A stretch of DNA of 64,000 bases, from the NCBI RefSeq assembly GCF_009914755.1, contig NC_060940.1; one strand, written 5' to 3'. Shown in pieces: positions 1 through 13,618 of this stretch (its first letter is position 1; each line of letters starts with the position of its first letter). Both the position numbers and the translations under genes were made by a program. This stretch comes from the human T2T-CHM13v2.0 reference genome, Homo sapiens. The notes below the pieces were generated by a model. That model saw only the letters and a program-made list of their open reading frames with translations. It ran no database searches and had not been told where the DNA came from.

Positions 1-1860
1 CAAATGGATGAACTCATCATCAAATGAGTTCGAATGGAATTATCGAATGGAATTGATTGGAATCATCATCAAATGGAATCGAATGGAATCATTGAATGGA
101 ATCGAATGGAATCATCATCGGATGGAAACGAATCGAATCATCATAGAATGGAATCAAATGGATTCATTGAATGGAATCAGATGGAATCATTGAATGGACT
201 TGAATGGAATCATCGAATGGACTCGAATGGAATCATTGAATGGAATTGAATGGAATCATCGAATGGTCTTGAATGGAATCATCATTGAATGGAATCTAAT
301 TTAATCATCGAAAGGAATTGAATGGAATCATCATCGAATGGAATCAAGTAGAATTGGCATCGAATAGAATCGAATGGAATCATCACCAATGGAATCGAAT
401 GGAATTTTCTTCAAATGGAATCGATTGGAAACATCATTGAATAGAATCGAATGGGATCATTGAATGAAACTGAAAGGAATCATCATCAAAACGAATCAAA
501 ATAAAACAAAGAATGGAATCCAATGGAATCATCGAATGGAATCAAATGGAAACATCACTGAATGGACTCGAATGGAGTCATCATCGAATGGAATCAAATG
601 GAATCATTTAATGGACTCCAATGGAATCATTGAATGGACTCGAATGGAATCATGGAATGGATTCTAATGTAATCATCATCGAATGAAATCAAATGGAATC
701 ATCGAATGGAATTGAATGGAATCATCATTGAGTGGAATCGAATGAAATCATGGAATGCATTCGAATGGAATCATCGAATGGACTCAAATGGAACCAACAT
801 TGAGTGGGATCGAAAGAAAACATCAAATGGAGTTGAATGGAAAAATCGAATGGAATCATCATCGAATGGAATAGAATGGAATCATCGAATGGACGTGAAA
901 GGAATCATCACTGAATGTAATCCAATGGAATCATTGAATGTAATCCAATGGAATCATCATTGAATTGAATCGAATGGAATCATCATCGAATGGAATTGAA
1001 TGGAATCATCATCGAATGGAATCGAATGGAAGCAACATCAAATGGAATAGAATGGAATCATCAATGAATGGAATTGAATGGAGTAATCGAAAGGAGTCAT
1101 CGAATGGAGTCCGTTAGAATCATCATCGAATGGAACAGAATGCAGTCATCATCTAATGGAATCAAATGGAATCAAATGGAATCATCGAATGGACTTGATG
1201 GAATCTTCATCACATGGAATCGAATGTAATCATCGAATGGACTCAAATGGAATCACCATCAAATGGAATCGAATGGAATCTTTGAATGGAATCGAATGAA
1301 ATTATTTAATGGAATGGAATAGAATCATCATTGAATAGAATCGAATTGGACCATCATCGAATGGAATCTAATGAAATTATCATCGAATGGAATCTAGTGG
1401 AGTCATCATCTAATGGAATTGAATTGAATCAGCAAGGAATGGAATCAAATGGAGAAATCGAATGGAATCCGTTGGAATCATCATCGAATGGAACCGAATG
1501 CAGTCATCATAGAATGGAATCGAATGGAATCAATGAAGGGACTCGAATTGTGTCATCATTGAATGGAATCAGATGGAATCATTGAATTGACTCAAATGGA
1601 ATCATCGAGTGGACTCGAATGGAAACATCATCGTATGGAGTCAAAAGGAATCCTCGAATGGACTCTAATGGAATCATCATCGAATGCAATTGAATGGAAT
1701 CATCGAATGGACTCTAATGGAATCATCATCGAATGGAATCAAATGGAATCATCAAATGGACTTGAATGGAATCATTGAATGGACTCTAATGGAATCATCA
1801 TCAAATGGAATCGAGTGTAATCCTCGAATGGAATCAAATGGAATCATCAAAAGGAATCAA
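1..1860 (+). repeat. HSat2/HSATII satellite, 3' end of an array (unit 1)
   Basis: Diverged tandem GAATGGAATCATC(ATC)GAATGGAATC and GAATGGACTC 23/26-bp monomers, the reverse complement of the HSat2 (CATTCGATTC) motif; ends abruptly at ...GGAATCAA|ACAGATTTAT. Confidence 0.95.
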
Positions 1861-1869
1861 ACAGATTTA

Positions 1870-2240
1870 TAAGAAACTTACTTGAACCAACATATAGAAA
1901 AACAAACAAATCAAAACCCCCTAAAACTGTGATGAGCAAAGTAGACATCAGAACAGGAAATATCACTGGGAATGAAGAATAACATTTCAAAATGACAAAG
2001 GGGAAAATACACCAAGAAGTCATGTAAATAAGGAATATGTATGCGCACGATAGCAGTACTTCAAAATACATGATATAAAACCTATCAAAACTGAAAGGTA
2101 AAATAGTAAAGCCACAGTCATCCATGGGGCTTTCAACAGTCCCCTGCCAGAAATTTTTAAATTTTGTTAAACGAAATGTTGGGAAGGGTAGAGAGGATCT
2201 CATAAATATAATTAGCCATCTTTATCTAATTGAATCTTTT
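1870..2240 (+). mobile_element. Old L1M fragment (ORF2 endonuclease region)
   Basis: A-rich, AAAGTAGACATCAGAACA...ATAACATTTCAAAATGACAAAGGG...CTTCAAAATACATGA resembles degenerate L1 ORF2 5' sequence. Confidence 0.6.
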
Positions 2241-2338
2241 AGAATAATCTAAGGATGAGGAATGCGGTAGCAGAGAAAGAAAAGGCAGACATCGACGTGA
2301 CATTAGTGTTTCAAGGCTATGAGAATACACCAATAACG

Positions 2339-2363
2339 GTGTGTGTGTGTGTGTGTGTGTGTG
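2339..2363 (+). repeat. (GT)n microsatellite
   Basis: About 12 GT units; shorter (about 7) at ~40871 in copy 2. Confidence 0.95.
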
Positions 2364-2758
2364 CAGATGGTAAGCTCAATCTTAAAAATATTGAGTTTTA
2401 ACTGACAATTCATTATTAGGAAAGATAAGAGGAAATGCTACCTCGTGAGAGGCTATATGACTGAACTCTAAGAGAAAGGTCACAGCAGAAATTGTGTACT
2501 TGACAGCTCTATAAGGAGGTGAGTCAAAAATAAGTCAGTGATGAATTCTCTGGTGTAAAAGCAGAGGAATGAGGATTAGATTTAAAACCCATGGAAGCAG
2601 AGTGACTTATGATAAAAACATGAGCTTGAAAATCCTGTAGAGAGGGCTTTAAATCCTGGGTATGATATTCTGCTTGTGTAGGCAATAGTGATAAAAACAC
2701 AACAACAAAAAGAGGTAAAGAGCACTTTCCTTTGATATAAGTTAAGGGCACGTCTTAT

Positions 2759-2761
<3 letters not shown>

Positions 2762-2822
<61 letters not shown>

Positions 2823-2825
2823 TAT
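2762..2825. repeat. (TA)n microsatellite
   Basis: Near-pure TA run of about 30 units. Confidence 0.95.
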
Positions 2826-2953
2826 TCAACTGAGATTCAACATGTTTCTCTCATTGAAACAGCAAGCTCTCCAGGCCTTCATGTTCCCAGTGAGGTAGGT
2901 AACCTTCTGATGATTATACTCACCCTCCCTCATTGCAAAGCTCCCATTGTTAT

Positions 2954-3408
2954 TGTCTTGGCTCTGGATTCCCTCAAAAATAGACTATGAAACAAATATC
3001 TGGGGTCAGATACTTTAATCAGAAATTGAGTGAGAAAGCACAGAAGGAGAAAATGAAACAGAACACGAAGCCAGTGTGAATGAGTAATTACTGCTATGTG
3101 CTCAATAATGATGGAGGTATGGAGATTGTCTCAAAATAACTTTACAAAGAGATGGGGATGCTGGAATCCCCGTCTCTTATTGCTTAAGGATTGCCTTAGA
3201 ATCATTAACTCTCCAACCCTAACTCCTTCTTTGTTCCCATGTGTGGTGGAGACGCACTGGTTAGTCTCAAGAAGCTTGCAGGCAGGCCCAAAAATCAGAA
3301 AGACAGGAAGGATGTGGGGAGCTCTCAGTTAGCTGGAAACAGATGAATTCCAGGTGAACACATTGAGTCCAGGACATTGAAGACAACTCATCAGAAATAT
3401 CTGCTATA
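2954..3408. mobile_element. Old ERVL LTR (LTR33-like)
   Basis: TGTCTTGGCTCTGGATTCCCTCAAAAATAGACTATGAAACAA...ATCTGCTATA resembles LTR33 ends. Confidence 0.45.
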
Positions 3409-3447
3409 GCCAGTTTTCTTTTTCTTTTTAAGAACATATATACTTTC

Positions 3448-4068
3448 TATTGGTGGTCCCAAAGTCCCCCTTTGGTTTAATGATTCACATAACTCAAGAA
3501 AGCTGATATTTTCTATGGTTGTAGTTTCTAACAGTGAAAGAAACCAGATTAAAATAATCAGAAGCATAAAAGCACATAAAGTTGAGTCCAGGACAAACCA
3601 GATGTGAGCTTACAGGTGTCCTTTCATAGTGGGGACCTCACACTGACAAATTTTCTTTACAATGGTGTGAGACAACATGTGTGAAATTGTTGCCAACTAG
3701 GGAAGCTCAGTCAGTCTTGAGTCCAGGGTTTTTATTAGGATTCCACAACATATGCATCGAGCGTCCTGTGACTGAACTTAGCTACGTAGTTCCCAACCTC
3801 CCTATGCCCTAAGAGAGGTCATATTAATATGGCATTACACAAAGTCATAGGCATAGAGAAACAGGTGCTCACAAGGAATCACGTTGTTAGCATCAGCTAT
3901 TTGATATGACCTACGTTTTCAGGTATACAAAGACTCTCATCAGGCAGCATATACCAAGGGCTCCTACGTTATCATCTCCCAGGATCTGGTCAAGGGCCGG
4001 TCCTGAAGACCTCTGGAATGCGCAAGGTTTTGAAAAGCCATGTCTGCAGAATTAACCCTTCATTACAC
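3448..4068 (-). mobile_element. ERVL LTR, MER77/MER21 group
   Basis: GGTCCCAAAG...AATGATTCAC...AACTCAAGAAAGCTG...ACAGTGAAAG...CAGATTAAAAT...GAGTCCAGG matches MER77-type consensus. Confidence 0.65.
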
Positions 4069-4437
4069 ACCCTCCAAGACATTTTTTATCTTTAAAAATG
4101 TTTTTTGATCTTTGACAATGTACCAACCAATACTGAGTAAGTAGTAACAACAGTGTACTCCTGAGTACTTGCAACTACAAGGAGAAAAAGGACAGATGCA
4201 CTTACATAGGACAGATGCAAATAGACACCACTATGACAAGTAAAGCTGGAATAATCAATAAATTCCTAAAGACAAAGTGGGGCTGGTGAGATTGGGAGAC
4301 CGCTGACAGCTGCAGAAGTTGGGAAAGATCCATCATCTTGAAAACTTTTTCTGCACAAACCCACTGCAATCTCTCAAACAATTGGTAAGGAATCCAAGAG
4401 AGTCTGTATATGACACAGATCAGGGAGAGCAGAACAC

Positions 4438-4713
4438 TTGGAAGGTGACCATATCTTGGGGGCCGAGCCCTTATGAATGTGATTAGTGCCTTTATAAAAG
4501 AAGCTCAACGGAGTTCTTGTGTACCTTCCACTATGTGAGGACATAGAAAGAAGGCACCATCTATGATGCATGAAATTGGCTCTCATCAACACTGAATTTG
4601 TGAGCATCTTGACCTGACATCTTACAGCCTCAAGAAGTGTGAAAAAAAATTTGTTGTTTTTTAGTCACCCAGTTTATGTTATTTTGTTATAAGAGTCCAA
4701 ATAGACCAAGATA
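4438..4713 (+). mobile_element. MaLR LTR fragment (MLT1A-like)
   Basis: GATTAGTGCCTTTATAAAAG...ATGTGAGGACA...CAGCCTC...TATTTTGTTATA...AAGATA. Confidence 0.7.
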
Positions 4714-4949
4714 TTCTGCTTAATATGTAGGGGAAGACAACAAAAACAGCCACACTTAGGATACTCCTGATGCTGGGAGTATGAAAACAGGAAAAACAAA
4801 ACAAAACTGCTCTTGAAGGTGAAGGAGGAATATCACTGAGCTCACCAACACAGCCAGGAAAAGAACAGAAGTGTGAGAAGGCTACATTCCTGAGACCATG
4901 AGAAAAAGTACCTGCGTAAGACTGAGATGAAATTACCTACTCTACTTAT

Positions 4950-5620
4950 GATTGAAATCCCAAAAAGAAAAGAGGGAAAAATAATGGAGCAAAAGAAATA
5001 TTTTTCAAAATAACTGCCAAAAATATTCTAAAATAAGTGAAGGAAAATCAAACTTCAGATATAGGAAACTCAGAGAATGTCAAATAGAACAAAAAGAAAT
5101 AAGAATTGCATCTTGAAAAATCTTTAAAAAATCAAGTCTAAATTTTATATCTTGCTCCAAATATACAGAGATATAAATAGGTAATCATCAAGATATGGAG
5201 AAAGAAATATCATGGAAACACTAAAATAAGGCTGTGGAAGGACTACATTGATATTAGACGCAACAGAGTTTGGAACAAGAAATACTATCGGAGATGAGAG
5301 ATAATAGATAATACAATAATGAATTCTCAAGAAGATGTAAACATCCTACTAATTAGGGTATGCAGCTAACAACAGAACCTGCTAATACATGCGGTAAAAC
5401 AGGAAAGAATTCAAAGGTGAACTACAAAAATCCAAAATTATATTTGCAGACTTCAACACTTTTGTCTTAGTAATGGAAACACTAGGCACAAACTCAGTAA
5501 TCATGTGGAAGATAAGAACAACAATATCACCAACAAGACATCCAATCATCAATGGCAGATACTCTTTCCTTTCAAGTGAAAAAAAAATTGTATGGCATAT
5601 TCTCTAACAAACCCAGAATT
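4950..5620 (+). mobile_element. Old L1M fragment (ORF1 end/ORF2 start)
   Basis: A-rich degenerate L1 motifs (GATATAGGAAACTCAGAGAAT; CAAGAAGATGTAAACATCCT; GACTTCAACAC). Confidence 0.55.
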
Positions 5621-5633
5621 TCTAATACTTGCG

Positions 5634-6273
5634 TTCTTCCTTCCTTCTTTCCATCTTCCTTTCTCTTCTCTTCCCTTCCCTTGCCTTCTTCCTTCCTTTC
5701 TTCTTTCCCTCTTCCTTTTCTTTTCTTTTTTCTTTTCCTTTCTTTCTCTTCTTTCTTTTATTCTCCTTCCTTCCTTCTTTCCTTCTTTCTTTCTTTCCTC
5801 TTATTCCTCCTTCCCTCCTCCCTCTCTTCCTTTCTCCCTTCCTTTTCTTGCTTCTTTTCTCATATTCTCTCTTTCTTTCTCAAGTTCTTGCTTTCTTTCC
5901 TTTTTTCTCCCTTCCTCCCACCCTCGTTTTCTTCCTTCACCCCTCCCTTTCTTTCCCCTTTTTCCTTCCTTCCTTTGCCTCTTTATTTTCTTTGTTTCTT
6001 TGCCTTCATCCTTTTTATCATTCTCTCTTCCTCCTTTCATTCCTCCCTTCCTCCTTTCTTTCTTTCTCTCTTTCTCTCTCTTTCTTTCTCTTTCTTTCTT
6101 TCTTTCCTGTGTTCATGCATTCTTTTTTCTCCCTTTCTGCCTTTCTCCCTTTCTCCCTCACTCCCTTTCTTCCCTCATTTCCTGCTTCTTTTCTTTCTTC
6201 TTTCTTTCTTTTTTCCTTCCTTCCTTCTTTCCTTCCTTTTTTTTTCTTTGTTTTCTTTTCTTTCTTTCTCTTT
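5634..6273 (+). repeat. ~640-bp CT-rich polypyrimidine low-complexity tract
   Basis: Almost exclusively C/T with TTTC/CCTT/TC sub-repeats. Confidence 0.95.
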
Positions 6274-6363
6274 ACTACAATTCATATTATTTTAAAAAAA
6301 TTAAGAGAGGGAGACAGAAAAATAAAGAAAGCTTTAATCTGCAGGTAAATAGATTATGTCTGC

Positions 6364-7175
<812 letters not shown>

Positions 7176-8141
7176 TGTAATATTAACATGAAAATGAGAA
7201 CCATAATTTACAACTGCTTTTAATACTGCACTTGGACGTTTGAAATCACGTAAATGGAAATGATCTCTATGTGCATGAGGGAGGACAGCAAATTGATGCC
7301 AAAATAATGCAAATGCAAATCTTACACTCATTTCTATGTAGGTTTCATTTAATCTTTGAAATTAAAATGAAATTAAAAGATTGTGATCTTTTGATGAAAT
7401 TAGACTAAAATGAACAATAACAAAATAAGAACTTACTAATACTGTTTATATGGTCAACAAAGAAGTGATAGTGGAAAAAAACAAGATCAAATGAAGGCGA
7501 TGATTTAGGAAGTTGGAAAGATACCTGAAACTACAAAATGGTATATAACCAGTGAACACTTAGACACACTGATTGATGAACTTCAGCTTTTGGCTTGGTG
7601 AGAGCATAAAATGAGAGCAGCTGAGGTTTGCAAATTTGTAATCTCCTTGTGGAAAGCCAGGGGAAAACACATCTCAGCCTAATAAGACTTATCTACTAAA
7701 GAGTCTAGACTTGATCCATTTGTCCTTGTAATTCAAAAGCTAATTCAAATACTGATGTGATGTATTGTGTGAACAAGCATTGCTGATTATCATCGCATAC
7801 CTGGCATTCTCTTTTATCTGATATCTAAAATATTTGGTAATTCCTGGACTTTCTCTTTTCAAACTCAGTACGATTTAATTTGAGTCTTAGAACAGTTGTC
7901 TTTGAGAAATTCTTCCCTCTACTGCATCTGTGAATGGGCATAGCATGGTTACATACATACTGTCACTCCATAGAACATTTGTTAAATTAAAGCCAAAGTT
8001 TAAAGCAAGAGCTTTAACTTACTGGTTTTACTAATGTTTTCCTCCCCAATAGCCACAACAATATTGATACCCTCTCACCTTTTAACATAAAGCTTGGTGT
8101 TGTCTATTTTTCAGGTGCTGTCATCTATATGATCTCAGCTT

Positions 8142-8444
8142 CCAGCCCATATGGTGGTTCATGCTTGTAATACCAGCAGTTGAAGAGGCTGAAATGAGAG
8201 GATTCCTTGAGCCCAGGATTTCAAAAGTAACCTGGGCAACATAGCAAGACCCCGTCTCTATCAAATGTTAAAAAAAAAAGTGGGCATTGTGAGGTGCACC
8301 TGTTGTCCTAGCTATTTGGTAGGCCAAGGTGGAAGGATTGCTTCAGCTTGGGAGGCTGAGGCTGCAGTGAGCAGTGATTGCACCACTGCATTCTAGCCTG
8401 GCAACATGCAAGACCCTATCTCAAAAAATATGTATAATAAAAAT
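8142..8444 (+). mobile_element. Alu (AluJ-like)
   Basis: GGATTCCTTGAGCCCAGG...CCTGGGCAACATAGCAAGAC...GAGGCTGCAGTGAGC (J diagnostics); right TSD AAAAATCAGCT at 8445-8455. Confidence 0.9.
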
Positions 8445-10021
8445 AAAAATCAGCTGTCCTTGATTTCTATGTAAATATGCACAGGTGATGTCCATATAGA
8501 CATAAATAATAATATTTCTGACAATGGGTCCATATGATCTCCAAAATGTAAAATGCCTATATGTGTAATTGACTGGTTAGTCTCATTAATGAATATAGAT
8601 TCAATTCTAATTTCTTGTTCTAGATAAATTATATAATCTAGCTTTTCATTTCACTTATTTACTGATAACAACAGGAAGAATGACAAGATATCTATTTTGG
8701 AAAATTACTCTGGTAGCAGTAAAGATGAAACAATTATAGAACTGCACGGAAAACTAGAAAAAAGTATGGTCTTCTGATATTCTATCACATCACATACTAA
8801 AGGCCTCATTAAACTCAGATATTTTATCTAAAAATGTTGTTTTCATCATAGGAATGATCAAAGCATGAGACTACAATTGTATTAAAATGTGCTTGTATCA
8901 CAAACACAGGTGCTAAAAAGGAGGGGAAAACATCATTACTGATATTTTCAACATATGTTTTACTTTCCGTCAACATGAACCTAAACTTGATATGATGCAG
9001 ATTGAAGGAAATCACCATTAATTCCATACGAAGAAGGCCTGTGATATTTTATGGGAAAATAAATAGAGAAAATGCTAACAGAAACCCTATTAAGCATGAA
9101 GCTTTATGGAGCAAACATAAATCCAGTGGTGAAAGATACACACTCGAGTTCTGTTTGTTGTCTTCGAACAATACGGTTTAGAGGTGACTGGTGGGTGAGG
9201 AGAACATAAGCGAGTTCACCAAAGAGAAAAGCTGAATGAGGCAATGCCTCTTCCTGACCATATCTCTTACTCAGATAACTATTTAATTTATTGTCCAGTA
9301 AAGGGTATATTAAAAAATCATATTAAAAGTCATGCAGTGAAGTTGTCCAGGGAATTCAAGACTTAACAGACTCACTCTGACAATAATGAACAGGGGAATT
9401 CCCTCAAGATAGACTAGGACATGACCCCACACTGGCAGGTAGTAGTACGAGAAAAGAACCCATGGAAAATCTTTACCTTATGCTTGAGGTAGGGACCAGG
9501 CTAAAGTGAAAGCCAGACCTAAAATTCTATCTAAAATATATCCAAAATTGAAAAAAATATGTGGTGTACAGGCATAGCAAGTCTTTACTGGATCATTGAA
9601 ATAGTAAGATAAATTCACCTTTTTACATTGTTTTCTTTTCCTCCAGTTAGGGCTTGAGGTTTGTCTCTGGAGAGTGACTGTCAATTGGAGCCCTGCCTTT
9701 CTGAGTTTCTGTTCAGGGTGTTGTGGATGCTTAACATGTGCCTTTCACAGGACAATTCCTTACCCCAGCAGTGGCCAGGTGTGCATCCCACGACCAGGCC
9801 TCCCTCTCACAGAACATCTGTTGAGACTAGGAGATGCCTGGTGACTGTTGCCTGACATGTGTCCTGTGTATTTCTGACAAGAGCCACTCTCAGAGACCCT
9901 GGCCAGAAGGAGAGTTAGGTTCCATTCTAGGTCGTCTGAGACCCATGGAGGCCAAAGGACCAAACATGGGATATCACAGAAGTAGGTTTATTACTCACAG
10001 ATCCAGAGAGAAGAGGGTTGC

Positions 10022-10334
10022 TGAGAAGAGGGTTTAGCTGTGTCCCCAGCCAAATCTCATCTTGAATTCCCACATGTTGTGGGAGGGAAAGGATGGGAGG
10101 TAATTGAATCATGAGGGCAGGTCTTTCCCATGCTGTTCTTCTGATCGTGAATAAGTCTCACAAGATCTGATGGTTTCATAAAGGGGAGTTTCCCTGCACA
10201 AGCTCTCTTGTCTTGTCTGCTGCCATGTGAGACGTGCCTTTCAGCTTGCGCCATGATTGTGAGGCCTACCCAGCCATGTGGAACTGTGCATCTATTAAAC
10301 CTCTTTCTTCTGGAAATTACCTAGTCTTGGGCAT
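10022..10334 (+). mobile_element. THE1 (THE1A-like) solo LTR, 3'-truncated by deletion
   Basis: GCTGTGTCCCC..CAAATCTCATCTTGAATTCCCAC...GGAGGTAATTGAATCATG...GCCATGTGAGACGTGCCTTTCA; terminal ~34 bp missing relative to copy 2. Confidence 0.92.
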
Positions 10335-12127
10335 ATTTTAATACTAGCAGCATATTATATATGTCAATCCATCAGGCATTTAGAAATACATCCTTATGAA
10401 AATTTTTTGCACCATCAGACAAAAGACAAGGGTAGAAGACATTTGTAACCCTTAACACACTAGTAAATTAAAAACTGAAGGACCTTTATGTCCTAAAATG
10501 TCTGTGTTGTGAAAAGCTGCCCTGTGAAATACGGGATTTCTTAAACATATTTCAAAAATCATAGTTGTCAATATTTTTAGAAATCCACTTAAGTTTTCTC
10601 TTGCTATTTTACAATGCCTATTTATTTATTTAGTGGCTCTGCTGATTTTGATGTATATCCTAAACTTTATATTTTCTTTAAAGGATGTTTTATACAACTT
10701 TACGTAAAATGTTTCAGTATCTTCACATTCTCTCCCTGTCCTTTTGTTTTGTTCTTATATGGTGGTCTTGAGTCTTTTCTCTGCCTTTTCAAACCTAGTA
10801 AGACTAAGACACTAAAGTAACTTTGCCCGTGGTTTGGTAATGCCTTCTAAAGCACATCCTAAGCTCTCGTGCATACAGGCGTCTCCTTTGAGCTGTGTGC
10901 TTTTGAGATCCCATATACCTAAATTCCAGTACTCCAAATCAGTACTACTCAGTTTTAGTTACTAAGTTTAATAATGTATTTTAATAACAAGTTAGTTTAG
11001 TGCACTCTTGCTTCTTTCTTGACTGCTTGTATACATGTATATTCCTTTAAATGAATCTTGGAATTTATTTAAAAATTTTAAATTATACTAATGAAACTGT
11101 ATATTGTTGTGAATTCAAAAGTGAATTTGGAAAGAATTTGTCTTTATGATACTAAATCCTTTTTATCCAAGAATCATGTGTCTTTATATTTATTCCAGTC
11201 TATATTTATATCACTGAGTAAATATATAGAAATGTAGATACATACAGCTGTAGTTATAGATACAAATATAGATATAACATGTTAAATCTATATCTATCCC
11301 ATATAACATATATACATGTTATATGTGTGTGTGTATATATTTATGTTTATGTTATTAAAGAGCTCCCTTAAAATTTTTCTTTTATTTCCTATATAATTTT
11401 AGGTCGAGCTTGAATTTTCCTTGTATAAACAATCAAACATTTATGCCAGTTTTAATACTGATGTTTAGACATTGTATCTTATTTTAGCATTGAATATTTT
11501 CACAATTATTATAAATATTATCTAATATTAAGAATGTACCTGTAAAAAATATTTAAAATTTTACCTTTGAATTATTTTATTGTTTAATTAAAATTCCTTT
11601 AACATGATAGTAAATATCTATTTTATGCTTTCTCTATGCATATGCAAATTAAACTATCCACTTCTCTATCTCTATGTAGTGACATATGAAAATCAGGCCT
11701 CTCTTCTTCTAATGGACATACCCGTGTTTGCATATAGATTATCAGACCCTTTACAGCATTTAAAATCTTTAAAGACATGAATATTGGCTTTTAACAAATA
11801 TATTTTAGCATGTACTGAGAATCCCCTATTTATTTTTAATTTGGGCTAATCAATATTATTATTAATATTATTGGATTACCAAATTTGGAAACACACTTTC
11901 ATCCCCAAGGTGGATATTTGTTTTATATTTTTTGCCAATTTCTTGTTTTACTGTTTCAAGTATTGTTGGACATTATTTTTATTTTATTTGGCATTTTAGT
12001 ATCAACATTTGTAATTGTGGTACTCTATATATATTTTTTTCAATATCTGGTGGGTTTTATAATTACTGCTCTATTGGATTTGTAGTAGACATTGACAAAA
12101 ATGATTCTTGTATGTTTTATAGCTGTA

Positions 12128-12670
12128 TGAAGGAAACTAATATATTTTATCCCTAAATATATTTCTTTGATATATTTCAAAATGGCTATTGAGAAGGGCT
12201 GGAAATGCAAACTTAGCTGCAAAGCTGTCTTGGGGAGATTTGCATCGGTAGAGAATCTGCCTTGATGCAGCCAGGCTTTCTCTGAGGTCTGCCCCTTTGT
12301 CTGGATCTAGGAAAGCTTAAATGAGAGTCTGAGGTCTCCAAAGGTCTGAAAGAAACATTTTCTGTTTATTCTCTCTGAGGACTGCTCCTAGTGAGATTCC
12401 ACCTATGCAATAAGTCCACTGTTGCTAGCCAGGGTCGTTTTCTCACATAACCTTTTTTTTTTCCCTGTGATCCAAGACCCCATTCTTTCTGTAAACTTCA
12501 TGTGGTAGATAAGCTTCTGCACGCATCGTGTGTCTGGGTCTTAGTTCTAACGTCTCCGGTGTACACACATTGCAGAAACCTGTATGCCTTTTCTACTATT
12601 TATCTGCCTCCTATTCGTGATTTTCAGGGAAGCTTCTGAAGGCAAAAGGGACATTCTCCTTTAGCCCATT
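12128..12670 (+). mobile_element. ERV1 LTR, MER39-like
   Basis: TGAAGGAAACTAATATATTT...GGGGAGATTTGCATC..TAGAGAATCTGC..TTGATGCAGCCAGGCTTTCTCTGAGG...GGATCTAGGAAAG. Confidence 0.75.
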
Positions 12671-12855
12671 CTCAGACAAAATACCCCAACATTTAACTGA
12701 TTCCTAATAGCTTAAAATCACTTTGAAAAATCCATATACTTTTAACCTTTTCTTCCCTCTATGATTTCTGGTCAGCTTGGGTTTTGTTTTTCATTCCATT
12801 TACTTCATCCTCGAAAAGATCTATTTTACGTCTATTTATTCTCATTTATGCACAT

Positions 12856-13308
12856 TGAGAAAAGAAAATAACTTTCATGTGAGAAATGCAAGTCCTTTTA
12901 AATAATCAGGCCCAGAGAGATATTCAAATGAGATAGCAGTTCTGTCCTTCTCCTCTTTGAGCTGTGTGTTCATCTAGGCTGCTTGCTGTTGCCACAGTAG
13001 TTATAAATTAACCAATAACTCCACACCAGACACTATAATCCACACCCAATAATAGTGTAAAAGTGTGTAGCCAGTCACTAATAAATGTTATCTCCATAAG
13101 CCAATGAGAATTTGTGACAAACCTCTTTGCATCATCCCACTTCTGGACCCTTTTTTGCCTTTAAGAAACTACTTGTTGCAAAGCTCCAAAGGGAGTTCAT
13201 ATCCAAGGCTGCTTGGGTCTGTTTCTTCCAGGCAGCTGTCCTCATTGTGGCTCAAGTAAACTCTTTGAATTATGTTTTGTGCGTCAGCCCCTTCCACTTA
13301 CATTAACA
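12856..13308 (+). mobile_element. ERV1 solo LTR (MER72/MER93-like)
   Basis: TG...CA termini (TGAGAAAAGAAAATAACT...TTAACA) flanked by 4-bp TSD ACAT. Confidence 0.7.
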
Positions 13309-13423
13309 ACATGGATTTGTGTCACCATGTACAGCAATTAAAATGTTTACACTTTTCCCCTCGAGGGCACTGATGTGTTTTCCTGAGCACTTGGAATAGC
13401 TACGTAATGTTTACTATCTAGAT

Positions 13424-13618
13424 TATGGTTTCTCAACCTTGATGCTACTTACCTTTAGGACCAGAGGATTCTCTGTTGTGGGAGGCTGCCCTAGCAATGC
13501 TAAGTGTTTCGTTTGAGCTCTAAATTTCACACCTCCACCAGTCTTGACATGCCCACAATAACCCTAGACATTGACAAATGTCTCCTGGGGAGAACTCTCC
13601 ACCAGTTGTCAGCCAAAG
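13424..13618 (-). mobile_element. MER20 (hAT-Charlie MITE)
   Basis: GGTTTCTCAACCT...TGTTGTGGGAGGCTG...AGACATTGACAAATGTCTCCTGGGG. Confidence 0.7.
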
